Below are positions 1 to 17,380 of a stretch of DNA of 64,000 nucleotides, one piece after another. A program made the position numbers and the translations under genes. Numbering within the stretch: position 1 is the stretch's first letter; every line of letters starts with the position of its first letter. The stretch covers positions 1,426,001-1,490,000 of the forward strand of contig NW_024704765.1 in NCBI RefSeq assembly GCF_018977255.1, read 5' to 3'. A model generated the notes under the pieces. The model saw nothing but the letters and a program-made list of their open reading frames with translations. It searched no databases and was not told where the DNA came from. This DNA is from Callorhinchus milii. Taxonomy: Eukaryota.

Positions 1-59
1 TGTCATGACATCCTACATTGGTGCTCTGCCTTCTCCCACATTCTAATCATTGTCCACGT

Positions 60-485
60 CCACCACTACCTGTCCCTTTAGGCTGCCGAGATTCTCATCC
101 ATGCTTCATTGCATCCAGGCTTGACTATACTATTCTCCCTGGTCACTAACCAACCTGCCAACTCTACCCTCCACAAACTGCACATCATTCAGAACTCTGC
201 AGCTTGTGTGAGCTGATCACCCAGATCCTCACCCGGGATCACTGGCTTCCCATCCCCCAGAGGATTGAGATCCTCTTCCTCACCTTTAAAGCCCTCCACA
301 TTATTATTCCTCCCTACCTCCGTGAAACTTTACTAATCTGCCCATCCCTCTGCTGGGCACGCACTGGCACCATGTCCTCCACCTTGCCCGCTCCATCATC
401 GGAGGTCAGACCTTTAACATGTCCCCTCCCTTGCCTCTAAAGTCCATCTCAAGATCTTCCTCTTCAAACGTGCCTTCAGTCATCT
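60..485 (+). mobile_element. L2-clade LINE 3' fragment (decayed)
   Basis: Encodes remnants such as SRLDY, LHKLHIIQNSAA and [10 protein letters not shown], typical of the L2 ORF2 C-terminus. Boundaries approximate. Confidence 0.75.
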
Positions 486-639
486 CCCCCCCACCCAGCC
501 CTCTTGCCCCGCCCTGGCCCGTTGCCTCCCCCTACACTCTTGTCCACCCCCACTCCGGCCCTCTTGCCCCCCCACCCCCACTCCGGCCCTCTTGCCTCCC
601 CACACCCCACCTCATGTCCCTCTTGCCCCACCCACCCAT

Positions 640-1260
640 TTCCTGTTTGGTACGGCAGAGGCGGTGGCGGCAGGTCTGCCGTACGGTGAGGTCACTTCCT
701 GTTCTGGACGGAGCGGCAGACAGGCGGTGCGGCCCCCGGGCGGTGCGGTGCGGCCCCCGGGCGGTGCGGGCGGGCGGTGCGGGCAGGTGTGTGTCAGGCC
801 GCCCCCGGGGTCAGGTTCATCTTCTCATCGCCTCATGGGGGGGAGGCGGGGAAGCCGCGGGTCGGGCCTGGGTGTGAGCTGACAGTGGGGGCCGCGGCTC
901 GGCTCAGCCACAGGCCCCGCTGCCGGGTTCAGGGGGTCAACAACTTACCTCACTCCGGGTAGCGTCCCAGAGCGCTGGGCAGTGGCGGAGCAGGACACTG
1001 GGGGGGCAGAGAGTGGGGGGGCGGGGGGGGGGGGCAGAGAGTGGGGGGGGGTGGGGGGGGGGGGCAGAGAAACCGTAGGCACTGGTCGAAGAGGATGATC
1101 TTAAGGCGTGACCTGAAAATGGAGAAGAATGGGGGCAACGCGGGGAGGGGGGGAGTGGGGGAGTGGGGGAGGGGGAGGGGGGGAGGGGGAGTGGGGGAGG
1201 AATAGAGGAAGTGTGTTCCAGGGTTTCGGGGCGCAGTGGCTGAAAGCGCGGCCGGCAACA
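640..1260. promoter_or_regulatory. CpG-island-like promoter, likely the AP5B1 TSS and non-coding exon
   Basis: High GC and CpG density, ETS/GABPA-type motifs (atttcctgt ~638-646, cacttcctgt ~693-702), GC boxes and candidate + strand donors (g|gtgagg ~686, cag|gtgtgt ~787). It lies about 2.5 kb upstream of the AP5B1 acceptor. Confidence 0.6.
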
Positions 1261-2243
1261 GTTGGGACAAGTCAAGCGCGGGGGGGGGGGGGGGTCATCC
1301 TTGGGTTGGGGAGTGAGCAGCTTTGTGCGTGTCCCCCCCCCCCCCCCCCCATGGTGTCCTTTTCTTACAGTTTCAGAAGCACTGACCCTAAATTGGCTGC
1401 TCTGATACCTGTTATGGCAACTTATTGTATTGGACTACTAGTGTTTGGTTGACTTTGGGCTACAAATGGTATTTTTATTTCTGCCCCCCCCCCCCCATGG
1501 TCGGAGAGATGCTGTTCTTTGGATGAGATGTTACACCGACCTCCCCTTCCCCCCGTCAGTGTCTTAAGATCTCCTGCGATGCTGTTGGAAAAGAGAAGGG
1601 GGTTTCTCCTGGTGTTCCCTGGCTGACAATCCCCCTCCCCCAGAAAGTCCGTTGCTCACACTATGGGCTGTTTGATTGCGGGGATGTTGATGTGTGTAAA
1701 TTGGCCGCTTCGTTTGCCCACAAAAAAGCACAGTCGCTCCATTTAGGGAAATCCTGCAAATCCACGTTGGGGCGTGAAAGGGGCTGTGTCAAATGTTATT
1801 ATTACTTCCTCCACCTTCGCCCACTCCATGCTGACACACCCTCCCCAACACAACTCTTCTTCGCTCCCCCCCACCCCCAATACACCTTTGTTCACTACTC
1901 AGACAGATGCACACATAAATCCTCCCCTTTCTCCCCCACCCCCCATCTTGCACACGTACAGTGTAGCACAGTTCTGAGGTCCTGTCTACCTGTTCAGGTG
2001 CATATTAAAATCCTGCAGCGCTATTTGATTTAACACAACAATCCCAAAGTGCATTCACACAGCACCTTTCACACCAGCAGGATGTCTCCAGGCGCTGGAC
2101 AGTCAGGGATTTGGACCCGAGCTTCGGGTTGGGCAACGATCCTCCAGTTAAGTTTGTTGTTCACTTAATTGTTGAACAAATGACTGTCTACATATGTGTC
2201 ACTACACTGGACTATGCTTCCTGTGAAGACCTTTGAGACATTT

Positions 2244-2533
2244 GTGGAGTCCTGTAGCTCAGTGGTTAGAGCACTCGCTTTGTGATACCTGAGTTCAATT
2301 CCAGGCAGAGGGCGAAACCTCGGGCAAGTTTCCTTACTCCACACAGAGCCTAATAATAATCCCTCCAAAACCAAAACAATAATAAATTGGTCATTTTCAA
2401 TCTACGACTGTTTGTTGGACATTGCTGTGCGCAATTGGCTGCCGCGTTCGCCCACAAATATACAGTCAATTCACTTTACAGTGAAGCGCTTTGGGATATC
2501 CTCCCGACTTGAAAAGCGCTATATCAATATTAT
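2244..2533 (+). mobile_element. tRNA-derived DeuSINE-type element
   Basis: GTGGAGTCC-TGTAGCTCAGTGGTTAGAGC A box, GAGTTCAATTCC B box, Deu-like core GCTGTGCGCAATTGGCTGCCGCGTTCGCCCAC and an L2-like tail. Nearly identical to the copy at 26271. Confidence 0.85.
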
Positions 2534-3580
2534 TTCAAAGTGAAAGGAGCTATAGAAATGCAAGTTTGAAAATGTTGCCATCAGTATGTTGTGCCTCAAG
2601 TTGCACACTTCCTGTTTATGGGCCTTTGTTATCCTCAGATCTATGCTGTCTGCACTAGTTGACACTTTGAATACTTGGCCAGGTGTTAACAACAATAATC
2701 TTCTGTGACGTTCAGAGTGAGCTAATTAATTTTATGAAAATTTATAAATATCCAGAACAGAATGACGACATCATTTGTGTGATTCCTGTCGCTCTCTTTA
2801 TTAACACCACTTTCTAGCTTTCTCCCCATGGTTTAAGTCACATGATTTATTGGAACGTATAGTGACTATATTTTCCACACAGCAATGTCATACATACAGC
2901 CATAAAGTGAATGATCAATTTTATTGTGAGGGATTGTTGGTTAGGACACTGCCATGAGTTCTTTAATGTCAACCTGAAGTCAGTTGGGATATATTTAATG
3001 TGTCACCTGAAGGTCGGCACCTCCAATAATGGAGCAGTAACCCCCCCAACCCAGCATTGGAGTGTCAGCCAGGACTGTATGAGTTCAAAATCCTGATGTG
3101 GGGTTTGAGCACCTCTGACTCGGAGGCGAAAGTGCTACCAACTGAACCAAACAAATGTGCAGGAAGTGATGTTATGTCTCTGCTGACCTGGAGGTAGACC
3201 TCAGATAGTGGGGGAACTTCTGGCTTTGGCTCGTCACCATGCTTCCACAGGACACCAGTATCATACGTGAAGCTGGGCTGAGGGAGGTCAAAATAATAAT
3301 AATCCTTGCATTTGAAATAGCGCCTCCTCACGTCTTCGAGACGTCTTCGAGACGTCTCACAGAGCTTTACAGTGTATACTGTACAGTGGATCGACTGTTT
3401 TGTGGGCGAAATGTATAGCAAATGAAAGGATTATTAATATTGCATTCGCTTTCTCCATGGGCGAGGAGAGAAAATTAAGTCTTTGTGTGAGCGGTTGGAT
3501 GAGGTGGAAGATAAATGAGTGCAGATTCAAGCATTGGTTTAATCCATGTGTTTGCTTTTTGTTGGCAGTGATCCAGGACC

Positions 3581-6500
3581 ATGGCAACGTTGCAGAGCGA
3601 GTGGACCCAAACGTTGGCTGCATTCTATGCAAATCCCACACAGTTCCTGACCAGCACCACTACTGAGATCTTTGTCTCTGAGCTTGTGAAGGCCCTGGCC
3701 GACGAGAAATTCAGCGAAAATGTCAAGGTGACTTATTAAACCCTTTTCCCCTTCCTCCCAAAATATCCTCTGGTGAAGGAAATTGTCATTGCGCAGAAAA
3801 CTGTATGTTTCGTCAGGAGTTCTGTATATTCCTGGGGCAGGCGGGGATTGTTTTATCTAGAGGGCGAATCTTTAGGCAGGTTTCCTTACTCCACACTCCT
3901 CTGTTCACCTGGCGGTAAGTAGGAACCTGGTTCTGTGTGCTGCTGTGTGCAATTGGCTGCAGCGTTTCCCCCAGAAAATATACAGTCAATTCACTTTACA
4001 GTATATTCTGTGAAGCGCTTTGAGACATCTCGAAGACGGGATAAGGTAAATACAAGGATTATTATTATGCATGAGGGCTTTCAGGCACCTCCATTGACCA
4101 TTATGTTTAAATTTCAGGTGCAAGCTCTTGGAATAGTCCAGGAGTTTCCTTCGCTGCTCTTCACTGGCCCTCACTCGGCATTTCGGGCGACACTGGCACT
4201 GATGGACATCTTTCGCCGGCTGCCCTTCTCCCTGAAGTGTGTATCTCTGAAGTGCCACCTTCTGCTCTCGCTCACCACTGTGGTGATCACCGCCGAGCCC
4301 CCGATTGTGGATGGGGCGATACCTAGGGACCTCATGGCGCGGCTGATTGATCTGGCGTCCGACAGCAATGACCGGAAACGGGGCGGGGCGTTTAGACCCC
4401 TCCGTGCTGCAGCCTGCGATTGCCTCCGAGAGCTGGAAACCTGTCGTCCGGGGCTGCTGGCCAGCAAGCTGGAGCTTCTGAGCTCCCTCCAGAGGCAGGA
4501 GATGACCCCGCTACACCAGGCCTATACCGTCCTGTATAGCCGGGCGCTGAAGAACGCACTGCGGGTACGGTGCCGGGCAGGCTGTGCCGTGCCAGACGGA
4601 GGCATCCGGCAGCTCCTGCACAGGAACGAGGAGCTAGAGTGGGAGGCGAGCGGAGAGGAGCAGGATTTGCCGGCATTGCCGATCGGCACCCGATTCTTCC
4701 TAAATCTGTCCCCGGCAGACACCAAGGATCTGAAGTCGACAGTGTCGCTGCTACTAGAGGAATCGTACCTGCTCACTCCAGTCTCTCAGGCCGCCCTGCT
4801 CCAGGAGTTGGCCCAGATAGTGCTCCTGGTGCGTTCTCTGTCCCCGGCTATTTTCAAGTCCCAGCTGCTGCGCCTGTTTGGCACTATGGACGCCTCGCTT
4901 GTCCACACCATGCTCCACCTGAAGGCCACCTTCACCGACAGTCTCTTCACAGTGGAGGACGAGAGCTTCCTCCTGAAGCGCCTGGTGGGCATGGCCCAGC
5001 ACCCGCTGCTCAGCACCCCACTCAAGCTCTTCCACACACACTGCATCCTCCACTTCCCTGAGAACCGTCCCATCGGCTGGAATGCGGACGAAAGCCTCCC
5101 AGTGTTGCTGACCCCAAACATGGCAGCATTCCTTTTCCCTACACTCTTCAACGACAGTAATACCATGCTGTCTCGCCTTAGCTTGGTCAGCCTGGCCTAC
5201 TTGGAGAGCACTGATGAAGAACGAGGCCCTGCCGAGGTCTTTGATTACCTGGTGTCTCTGTACAAACTCGTCAACACCAACGGCAACCGGGAGAGGCTGG
5301 TGACGTTTTTCCGGGCGGTGTATATATTCTTCAGTTATTTTCACGCCAACACACAATACATGTCTGAGCTGAGCAGCCACCTGGTTAGGCTGTACCAGGG
5401 ACACTGCACTGTGGCTCCACACCTTATTAACCTGATAAACAGCACCCAGGAACTCCAGGAAGAATCAAAATGGCCTGTAGCATTGGCGGAGGCCTTGCAA
5501 AAGGTGATCGTGGAGCTTCCAATGCAGCACTTGGCACCTCAGAACCTCACGTGGCACCTGCAGGTCCTTGCCCGGGTTGCCCAGGAAAGCTCGATCTCAC
5601 AGGGGAGGACGGTGGAGTGCCTGCTGGGCCTGGCTCAGGGCTCCGATTTGTGTCAAACAGGGGACTGGCGGGTGGGTAACTCGGTCCTGTCGGTGTGCAG
5701 GAGCATCCTACAGCACCAGAACCTGGAGACCATCTTCAGCGAGCTGGCTGATCTCCTGCAGCACCTCTTCCTCCACTTCCAGGACGTAGACATTCAGGAC
5801 CACGCTCACTTCTACTACACCATGCTGACCAGCCTTTCCGGAGAGAAGCTGTCGGGAATTGTGGCCAGGGGAGTGGGGAACGGCACACGGACAAAGGCCC
5901 GCTCCCTCTCCTCCATCATGCCGGAGAATACAGACCTCTCCTCCCTCTCCGTCCTCTCAGTCAAACACCCGACATTGCAATTGGTCCCAATCGTTGATGA
6001 GCATCGTCCAAATGCCGAGCTGAGCGGAAACGTCAGCAAACAGGATGCTGAGGAGCAATACCTGGAGAAGTACCTGGATCAGTTCAATCAGCCTGGGTTC
6101 GCTTCCACCGTTGTCATGAAGTATTACCTGACTTTTGCCCCGAACGTCGATTCCCAGTATCACAAAGTCTTCAGTGTACTTTTACGTTTTGACCTGAGGA
6201 GCTCTCATTACGAGCCAATTCCCGATCTCCATGTTCCATGTCTTTTCTTCGATAGAAAACCTCACACTTTCTCCTTGGCTCTCAAATCAAACTGTCCTTA
6301 CCCGACCGTTCTACACACAACTGCCATATTTACCACCGAGGATGGACACACTTGTTGCAGCCAACTTGAACCGGTCCAAATTGGCTTCTCCAGCTTGTTC
6401 CTGCACCTTCCTATCCCAGCCCATTGGCCAGCTAATGCCAAAGCCAACCTCTTTGATCATCTCTGGGAATCATTGGCTGGGGAGGAGTCAAGCCAGGCTG

Positions 6501-6757
6501 CCCTCAGCCTCTTTTGCTTCAAGACCAACCAGAGCCCTCTGAGTGAGCTGGTGGAGCTGCATTTTCACACGCACTTGGTCTCAAAGCACACCGACCCAGA
6601 GCGGTACAAAATCCTCCTCTTCCTGCCCCCCCGCTACCACGTTCTGTACAGTGTGGGACTCACGGGGGAGATGGCAAAGGTGGACATCCTCACCGACAAC
6701 TGGAAGCTTCTGCCCTTGATTAATGCTTATCTGTTGACCATAACATCTGAAAATTAG
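3581..6757 (+). CDS. AP5B1: AP-5 complex subunit beta-1, 2 coding exons: 3581-3727 and 4118-6757 (~928 aa)
   Basis: Coding exon 1 has a Kozak context gaccATGG and reads MATLQSEWTQTLAAFYANPTQF...DEKFSENVK|gtgact, resembling the human N-terminus (W..L.AF.ASP..F...EKLSEQTK). The acceptor tttcag at 4117 joins in frame to the long ORF (RAAACDCLRELETCRPGLL, FKSQLLRLFG, DHAHFYYTMLT, LFLPPRYHVL, TDNWKLLPLINAYL). The first 61 aa of ORF 3935-6757 are intronic SINE read-through. An acceptor at 3567-3568 implies an upstream non-coding exon. Confidence 0.93.
3860..4068 (+). mobile_element. 5'-truncated SINE in the AP5B1 intron
   Basis: Same core and tail as the other copies (CAATTGGCTGC...GTGAAGCGCTTTGAGAC...GGATTATTATT). 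Confidence 0.75.
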
Positions 6758-7186
6758 GGTTCCTCAAAACTCTGCCACTGTCAGCACACCTTGGTGCTAC
6801 CTTCTACCTCAGGGTATCAACCAGCTGTCAGTTAGGTATTAAGTCATCTCAATCAAGCCCTCACTTCTGGGTCGTAAGAAGGTTATGAGTTTGAAGCCCC
6901 TGATTTAGGACTTTGAGCTGTGTCGACCATTGTCTTTTGAATGAGGAGTTAAAATCCTCATCTGCTTGTTCTTCAGGTGGAATTTAGAGAAGCCATGACA
7001 CTGTTTGAAAAGAAAAAGGAGTTTCTCCCAATGTGGCCAACAATTGTCCAGATGAATTGGTCATTGTCCTCCCGGCTTTGTGTAGGACCTTGATTGTGCT
7101 TAATGGCTGCTGTGTTTGCCTACAGAAACCGTACATTTAACAGTAATTACTGCGAAGTTCTTTGAAATACTTTGAGTGATGAACTC

Positions 7187-7237
7187 AATAAAAATGTAAG
7201 TTATTTGTTTCTGAATAAACTTGCTATTCAAAATAAA
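7187..7237 (+). terminator. Clustered polyadenylation signals for AP5B1
   Basis: AATAAA at 7187, 7214 and 7232, 430-480 nt after the AP5B1 stop codon. Confidence 0.6.
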
Positions 7238-8789
7238 CAACAAAGTCTTGTCTCAAGATCCATTACCTGTATGGACTGTGTGTAGACCATGCGCTGAGTA
7301 AAATATATAGCTGATGCATTAGCCTTGAAAAATCACTACGCTTGACAGACATCATCCTAAAGTGCTTTCCTACCATTGTGATGTAATTGGACTGAATAAA
7401 AATGAAATGTTTTTAAAAAAAACTTTGAAGAGAAATCCACAAAGAAGCACAGATTAAAACTGGTAAAACTAAACAGGCTTAAAAAAAAATCTTCCAGCTC
7501 TGGCCTGCTCCACGTCCCCCCCGACCCACCCAACCCATGCAAAAATACCTGGACAAGATCCTCCTCTTTGACCATGCCATCCCCTTCCCCTCCCTTCCCC
7601 CCAACCCAGGTCTGAAATGCTGTACTCTGACCAGGGCCTTGGGACATCCTCCCGACGTGAAAGGCGTGAAAGAGAGGAAAACAACAACAATTTGTATTTA
7701 AATAGCACTTGTGTGGGACGGAGGAAGAAAAACAACTGGTGTTGACCAGCTATGGATTGGGAGGATATAGCAGTTGAGCCTGACCATTTACTCGGCAACA
7801 GGGTCTCTGGATAGTGATCGAGAGCAAGAACCCTGGCTCATTCGCACTCCCTAACCCGAACACCCATAGCTGACCAGTTTACAGGTGTCTGACACATGCA
7901 GAGACCCATCACCGTACTCTACAAACCAAACGTGAGAATTCCGTGCATCCCACCTACACATGGAAATCCCAGAGATACAACAACAAGATTCCATTTATAA
8001 AGCGCCTTTCACGTCAGAAGGACGTCCCAATAGATTGTTGGAATGGAATGAACACTCCCTGGAGGGATGCATCCTGCTTACCTAATTCCAGAAAGCAGAT
8101 TGGCAAGAGGTGAGGCTTGGAGACCCCAAAGTGTGCGTTGGGGTACCTGCGGGAGTTTAACCAGCTAAACCCATACAGCTTGCCATTGAGATCACTGTCT
8201 GGCAAGCTTTCCTGCTGCTTGCCCCACGAGGACCATCTTACCCATTAGGCTCACTGGGTTAATAGAAACTGAGTGTGATGATTTCCTGCCCCTACTGACT
8301 AGTCTACCCTTCTAAGATCTGCTGATGAGCCAGGCTGGCTGTGCTGACAGGCATTCCTGAGTGTCTTTGCATTGTACAATGCAGCAGGATATTTGAGTTA
8401 TTAGACCACCAGTGACCCGCACATGACCCCATTATCTCCCACCCTAACCAGGCTCCACTGGCTGTGGATGAATTTCAAGATCTTCGAATCCCTTCACAAT
8501 CTTACCCCTCCTTATCCTTTCATTCTCCTTTGCCCATCCATTTCCTTCTTTTAACCAGTTCATTCCTGCCTCCTCTCATCAATCGATCAATGAATGGGGT
8601 TTTCAGCCGATCTCTGAAACCCTCCCCAAAACCCCTTCCTCTTTGCTAGCTTTTCTCTCACCTTAAAAAAAATCTAATTCTCCCTGAATTTGGCCAACCT
8701 TCTCAAACTCCCCCTGGTGATTTCCCATAGTCCCAGTGAAGCAGATTCCTTGTGAAATGTATAAGCACAAGTTGTTTTAAACACTCCAA

Positions 8790-8795
8790 TTTATT
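8790..8795 (-). terminator. Candidate polyadenylation signal for C1orf50
   Basis: TTTATT on + (AATAAA on -), about 660 nt past the C1orf50 stop. Confidence 0.4.
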
Positions 8796-8904
8796 ACATA
8801 TGTGCCGTAACCAGGTAGCATGACAGATCCATCCGATACAGTTATGTAAAGAATGTGCAGAACTCAATGCCTGAGCTCACAGATGCCAGATATCGGAACA
8901 TGGC

Positions 8905-9165
8905 TAAAAGACTTAAGATATCTACCAAAAGCAGAGGAAAGGTTAGAAGAAATTTTTTCACTCAGCGAGTTGTTGGAATTTGGAATGATCCGCCTGAAAG
9001 GGCAGTGAAGTCCGATTCGATAACAGCTTTTAAGAGAGAACTGGACAGGTATCGGGGAAGACGGGTTTGTGGGGTTATGGGGAGAAAGCTGGTGATTGGG
9101 TTTAGTGAAAGTGATGCTCTGTCAAAGAGCCGCACAGACTCGATGGGCCAAATGGCCTCCTTCTG
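8905..9165 (+). mobile_element. CR1 LINE 3' end fragment
   Basis: Encodes RRNFFTQRVVGIWN.LP...FKRELD followed by the CR1 3'UTR ...GATGGGCCAAATGGCCTCCTTCTGTG. Confidence 0.8.
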
Positions 9166-9456
9166 TGAAAGAGAAAAAAAAAGACATTTCAATCCATTCA
9201 GCTGGCCTGGAATACATCTTAAATTTCTGCCCGACAGCCTGTTTGTAAGGCGGGGGGCGGGGGGGGGGGCGGGATAAAGCAAGGTAGTTCTTTGGGGTTT
9301 GTTAAAAGTTAAAAGCAGAACCAGCATTTGGCAGAAGGTAGGGGGGGGATAAACCCTTTTCAAGAACCTGTTTGTGTAACATGGGCCCCAAATCAAATCC
9401 CTGGATGTCTTTACCAGGGGGTGATGAAGAACAAATGAGGTTTTGGTTCAGCTATC

Positions 9457-13841
<4,385 letters not shown>

Positions 13842-14074
13842 GCTCAGAGCTGACGGTGAGGCCTCACCGCCCCCCGACCTGACCTGACCCCCGGGGTGGG
13901 GGCCGCCGGGACAGAGACTGTGCAGCTGTGGTCGCCCCCTCACCCCCCACACCACTCCCCCCCCCACCCCACACACACCCCCACACACACCCACAGACAC
14001 CCCCTCCTCTCCTCTCCCCCTCTCTCTCTCTCTCTGTGGTTTGTGTTACACAACTGTGACCGCGGCCCTCACTG

Positions 14075-14865
14075 TGTGGGGGGAGGGGGTGTCTGTGTGT
14101 GGGGGAGGGGGTGTCTGGTGTGTGTGGGGGGGAGGGGGTGTCTGTGGGGGGAGGGGGTGTCTGTGTGGGGGGGAGGGGGTGTCTGTGTGTGTGGGGGGGA
14201 GGGGGTGTCTGTGGGGGGAGGGGGTGTGGGGGGAGGGGGGTGTCTGTTGTGGGGGGAGGGGGTGTCTGTGTGGGGGGGGGAGGGGGTGTCTGTGTGGGGG
14301 GAGGGGGTGTCTGTGGGGGGAGGGGGTGTCTGTGGGGGGAGGGGGTGTCTGTGTGGGGGGGAGGGGGTGTCTGTGTGGGGGGGAGGGGGTGTCTGTGTGG
14401 GGGGAGGGGGTGTCTGTGTGGGGGAGGGGGTGTCTGTGTGGGGGGAGGGGGTGTCTGTGGGGGGAGGGGTGTCTGTGTGGGGGGGAGGGGGTGTCTGTGT
14501 GGGGGGGGAGGGGGTGTCTGTGTGGGGGGGAGGGGGTGTCTGTGTGGGGGAGGGGGTGTCTGTGTGGGGGGGAGGGGGTGTCTGTGGGGGGAGGGGGTGT
14601 CTGTGTGTGGGGGGGAGGGGTGTCTGTGTGGGGGAGGGGGTGTCTGTGTGGGGGGGGAGGGGGTGTCTGTGTGGGGGGGGGAGGGGGTGTCTGTGGGGGG
14701 AGGGGGTGTCTGTGTGTGGGGGGAGGGGGTGTCTGTGTGGGGGGAGGGGGTGTCTGTGTGTGGGGGGAGGGGGGTGTCTGTGTGGGGGAGGGGGTGTCTG
14801 TGTGTGGGGGAGGGGGTGTGTGTGGGGGGAGGGGGTGTCTGTGTGGGGGGGAGGGGTGTCTGTGT

Positions 14866-14898
<33 letters not shown>

Positions 14899-14997
14899 GT
14901 CTGTGTGGGGGGGGGGGGTGTCTGTGTGGGGGGGGGTGTCTGTGTGGGGGGGGGGGGTGTCTGGGGGGGGGGGGTGTGGGGGAGGGGGTGTCTGTGT

Positions 14998-15029
<32 letters not shown>

Positions 15030-15157
15030 GTCTGTGTGGGGGGGAGGGGGTGTCTGTGTGGGGGGGAGGGGGTGTCTGTGTGGGGGGGAGGGGGTGTCTG
15101 TGTGGGGGGAGGGGGTGTCTGTGTGGGGGGGGGGAAGGGGGTGGTCTGTGTGGGGGA
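14075..15157. repeat. G-rich minisatellite (~20 bp unit GGGGGAGGGGGTGTCTGTGT), ending at an N gap
   Basis: Directly visible tandem array. Confidence 0.95.
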
Positions 15158-15519
15158 NNNNNNNNNNNNNNNNNNNNNNNNNCTTTGTGATACTGACTTA
15201 AAATGTCCAGACAGGAATTTTTTTCCCTCGGGCTGCGATGCCTTTGACTTGTTCATTGGGGGAAGGGCACATTTTGAGTGCGAGTGCGTGTGGGCGTCTC
15301 ACTCTCCTGCAGTTTTCAAAACCTCTGTATACCTCTCGTTCCTACACCAAACAAAATAAAAATGTTATAAAAGTGCTTGGATGCCTCTTTCTTCACCCAC
15401 TCGGAAATTAGAGAGCTGGTGTTGTGTGTGCGTGGGGAGTGCAGCTGTTTCTTTTTATTTAAGATTATTTAAGCCTGCCAGGGTCTGGGAAGGTTTAACT
15501 CTCTCTGTGCTGTGCTCAG

Positions 15520-16005
15520 TATTAACTGCTATCTTTGCGTGGCATGTGTGAGCCAATCAGGAGGGCATCGGTTTTGCTGACGTTGTGTTGGAGAAAGTTG
15601 TCCCTCGTCCAGGACTTGATGTTGAACAGGTCAGTCAGGACCTCAGTAGTCCTGGAGTTCAGGGTGGAGGCAGAGAGGTAGAGTTGGGTGTCATCCGCAT
15701 ATCTGTGGAAATTTACCCCATGTCTGCGGATGATGTCACCACAGGGGGAGCATATAGAGGGTGAAGAGGAGGGGACCGAGGACAGAGCCCTGAGGGACAC
15801 CGCACGGGACAGTGCGGGGGGGAGGAAAATCCGTTTGCAGAGACCAAGTGGAGGCGGCGTGAAAGGTAGGACCTGAACCAGTCAAGGACAGAGTCTTGGA
15901 GGTTAGGGTGGGAGGAGAGGCGGTGGAGGAGGATTGAGTGGTCCACGGTGTCAAAGGCTGCGGAGAGGTCGAGGAGGACGAGGAGACAGAGGGAACCCTG
16001 GTCAC
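15520..16005 (-). mobile_element. L2-clade LINE reverse-transcriptase fragment (frameshifted)
   Basis: [40 protein letters not shown] and FHRYADDTQLYLS are spread over three frames. Confidence 0.9.
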
Positions 16006-16106
16006 ACATAGTTTGTGACCCTGACCGGAGCACAGTCAAAAAAAGGTTCAAACCCCATGTCGGGACTTGGAAGCACATAATCTAAGCTGACGTTCCAGCA
16101 GCGCTG

Positions 16107-16692
16107 GGTGGGGGGTGCGGCTGAGGTGGGGGGTGCGGCTGAGGTGGGGGTGTGCGGTGCCGAGGTGGGGGTGCGGCCGAGGTGGGGGGTGCGGCCGAGG
16201 TGGGGTGCGGCTGAGGTGGGGGGTATGCGAGGTGGGGGTGGCCGAGGTGGGGGGTGCGGCTGAGGTGGGGGGTGCGGCTGAGGTGGGGGGTGCGGCTGAG
16301 GTGGGGGGTGTGGCCGAGGTGGGGGGTGCGGCTGAGGTGGGGGGTGGGCTGAGGTGGGGGGTGCGGCTGAGGTGGGGGTGTGGCTGAGGGGGGGTGCGGC
16401 TGAGGTGGGGGGTGCGGCTGAGGTGGGGGGTGCGGCCGAGGTGGGGGTGTGGCCGAGGTGGGGGGTGCGGCTGAGGTGGGGGTGCGGCTGAGGTGGGGGG
16501 CGGCCGAGGTGGGGGGTGCGGCCGAGGTGGGGGGTGCGGCGAGGTGGGGGGTGCGGCCGAGGTGGGGGGTGCGGCCGAGGTGGGGGGTGCGGCCGAGGTG
16601 GGGGTGCGCTGAGGTGGGGGGTGCGGCCGAGGTGGGGGTGCGGCCGAGGTGGGGGGGGTGCGGCCGAGGTGGGGGTGCGGCTGAGGTGGGGG
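16107..16692. repeat. G-rich minisatellite (17-18 bp unit GAGGTGGGGGGTGCGGCY)
   Basis: Directly visible tandem array of roughly 30 units. Confidence 0.95.
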
Positions 16693-17380
16693 TGAAAGAG
16701 TGACAGAGCGAGTGGTACAAAAACAAAGGTAGAGACACACATACACAGACAGAGGACAGGGACAGTGAAATAGACGCAGAGAAAACAAATGTTATTATCT
16801 ACATGAGATAATAATAATCTTCACATTTGATAAACGCCTTATCACGTCTTCGAGACGTCTCAAAGCGCTTCACAGAATACTGTAAAGTGGAGTGATTCCA
16901 CAATTTTAGCTTTTATATTAGAATCAACTCATCAAAACCATTTGCAAACCAGGGACAGAACCATTGCAAAAATTACGGGTAAGTAAGTATTAGATAGTAA
17001 AACTATTTAAAGCTACTCTGAGCTCGTTAGTGTGGAGCCTCCAGACCACCTCACCCCACCACACCCCCAACGTTAAACTTTTAATTCCAGATGGTTGCAT
17101 GTTGTAAAGGCTCTGTCACAACAGGATCAGGTCAGACAGTGATACGGTGTCTGAGTTGCGTGTTGCTGTTTCCTGGCTGTGGGGGGTGTGGGGGGATGTG
17201 AGGGGGGATGTGAGGGGGTAGCCCCTGGCTCCCTCCTCACAGTGACTGGCTGTGCAGTCGGTTGGCTCCTCCCAGCTCCAGCAAGGAACCTTCAATCCAG
17301 TTCACGTTTCCAGCTGTGGCTCCATCCCATTACCAGCGTGCAGCGATTGCTTCTCTCTCCCTGTGTCTAGGCCGCCTGCA

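Noticed and set aside
2244-2320. tRNA-like sequences (also at 9760, 11039, 26271, 43676, 56629, 58936)
   Set aside because: SINE heads with A and B boxes, each followed by the SINE body; not called as tRNA genes.
3935-4117. N-terminal 61 aa of the 940-aa ORF
   Set aside because: Intronic SINE sequence; the true N-terminus is the exon at 3581-3727.
4171-6163. Antisense and alternate-frame ORFs inside AP5B1
   Set aside because: Expected shadows of a GC3-rich coding exon, with no recognisable motifs.
16107-16692. Regular repeats resembling a CRISPR array
   Set aside because: No unique spacers, eukaryotic context and no cas genes.
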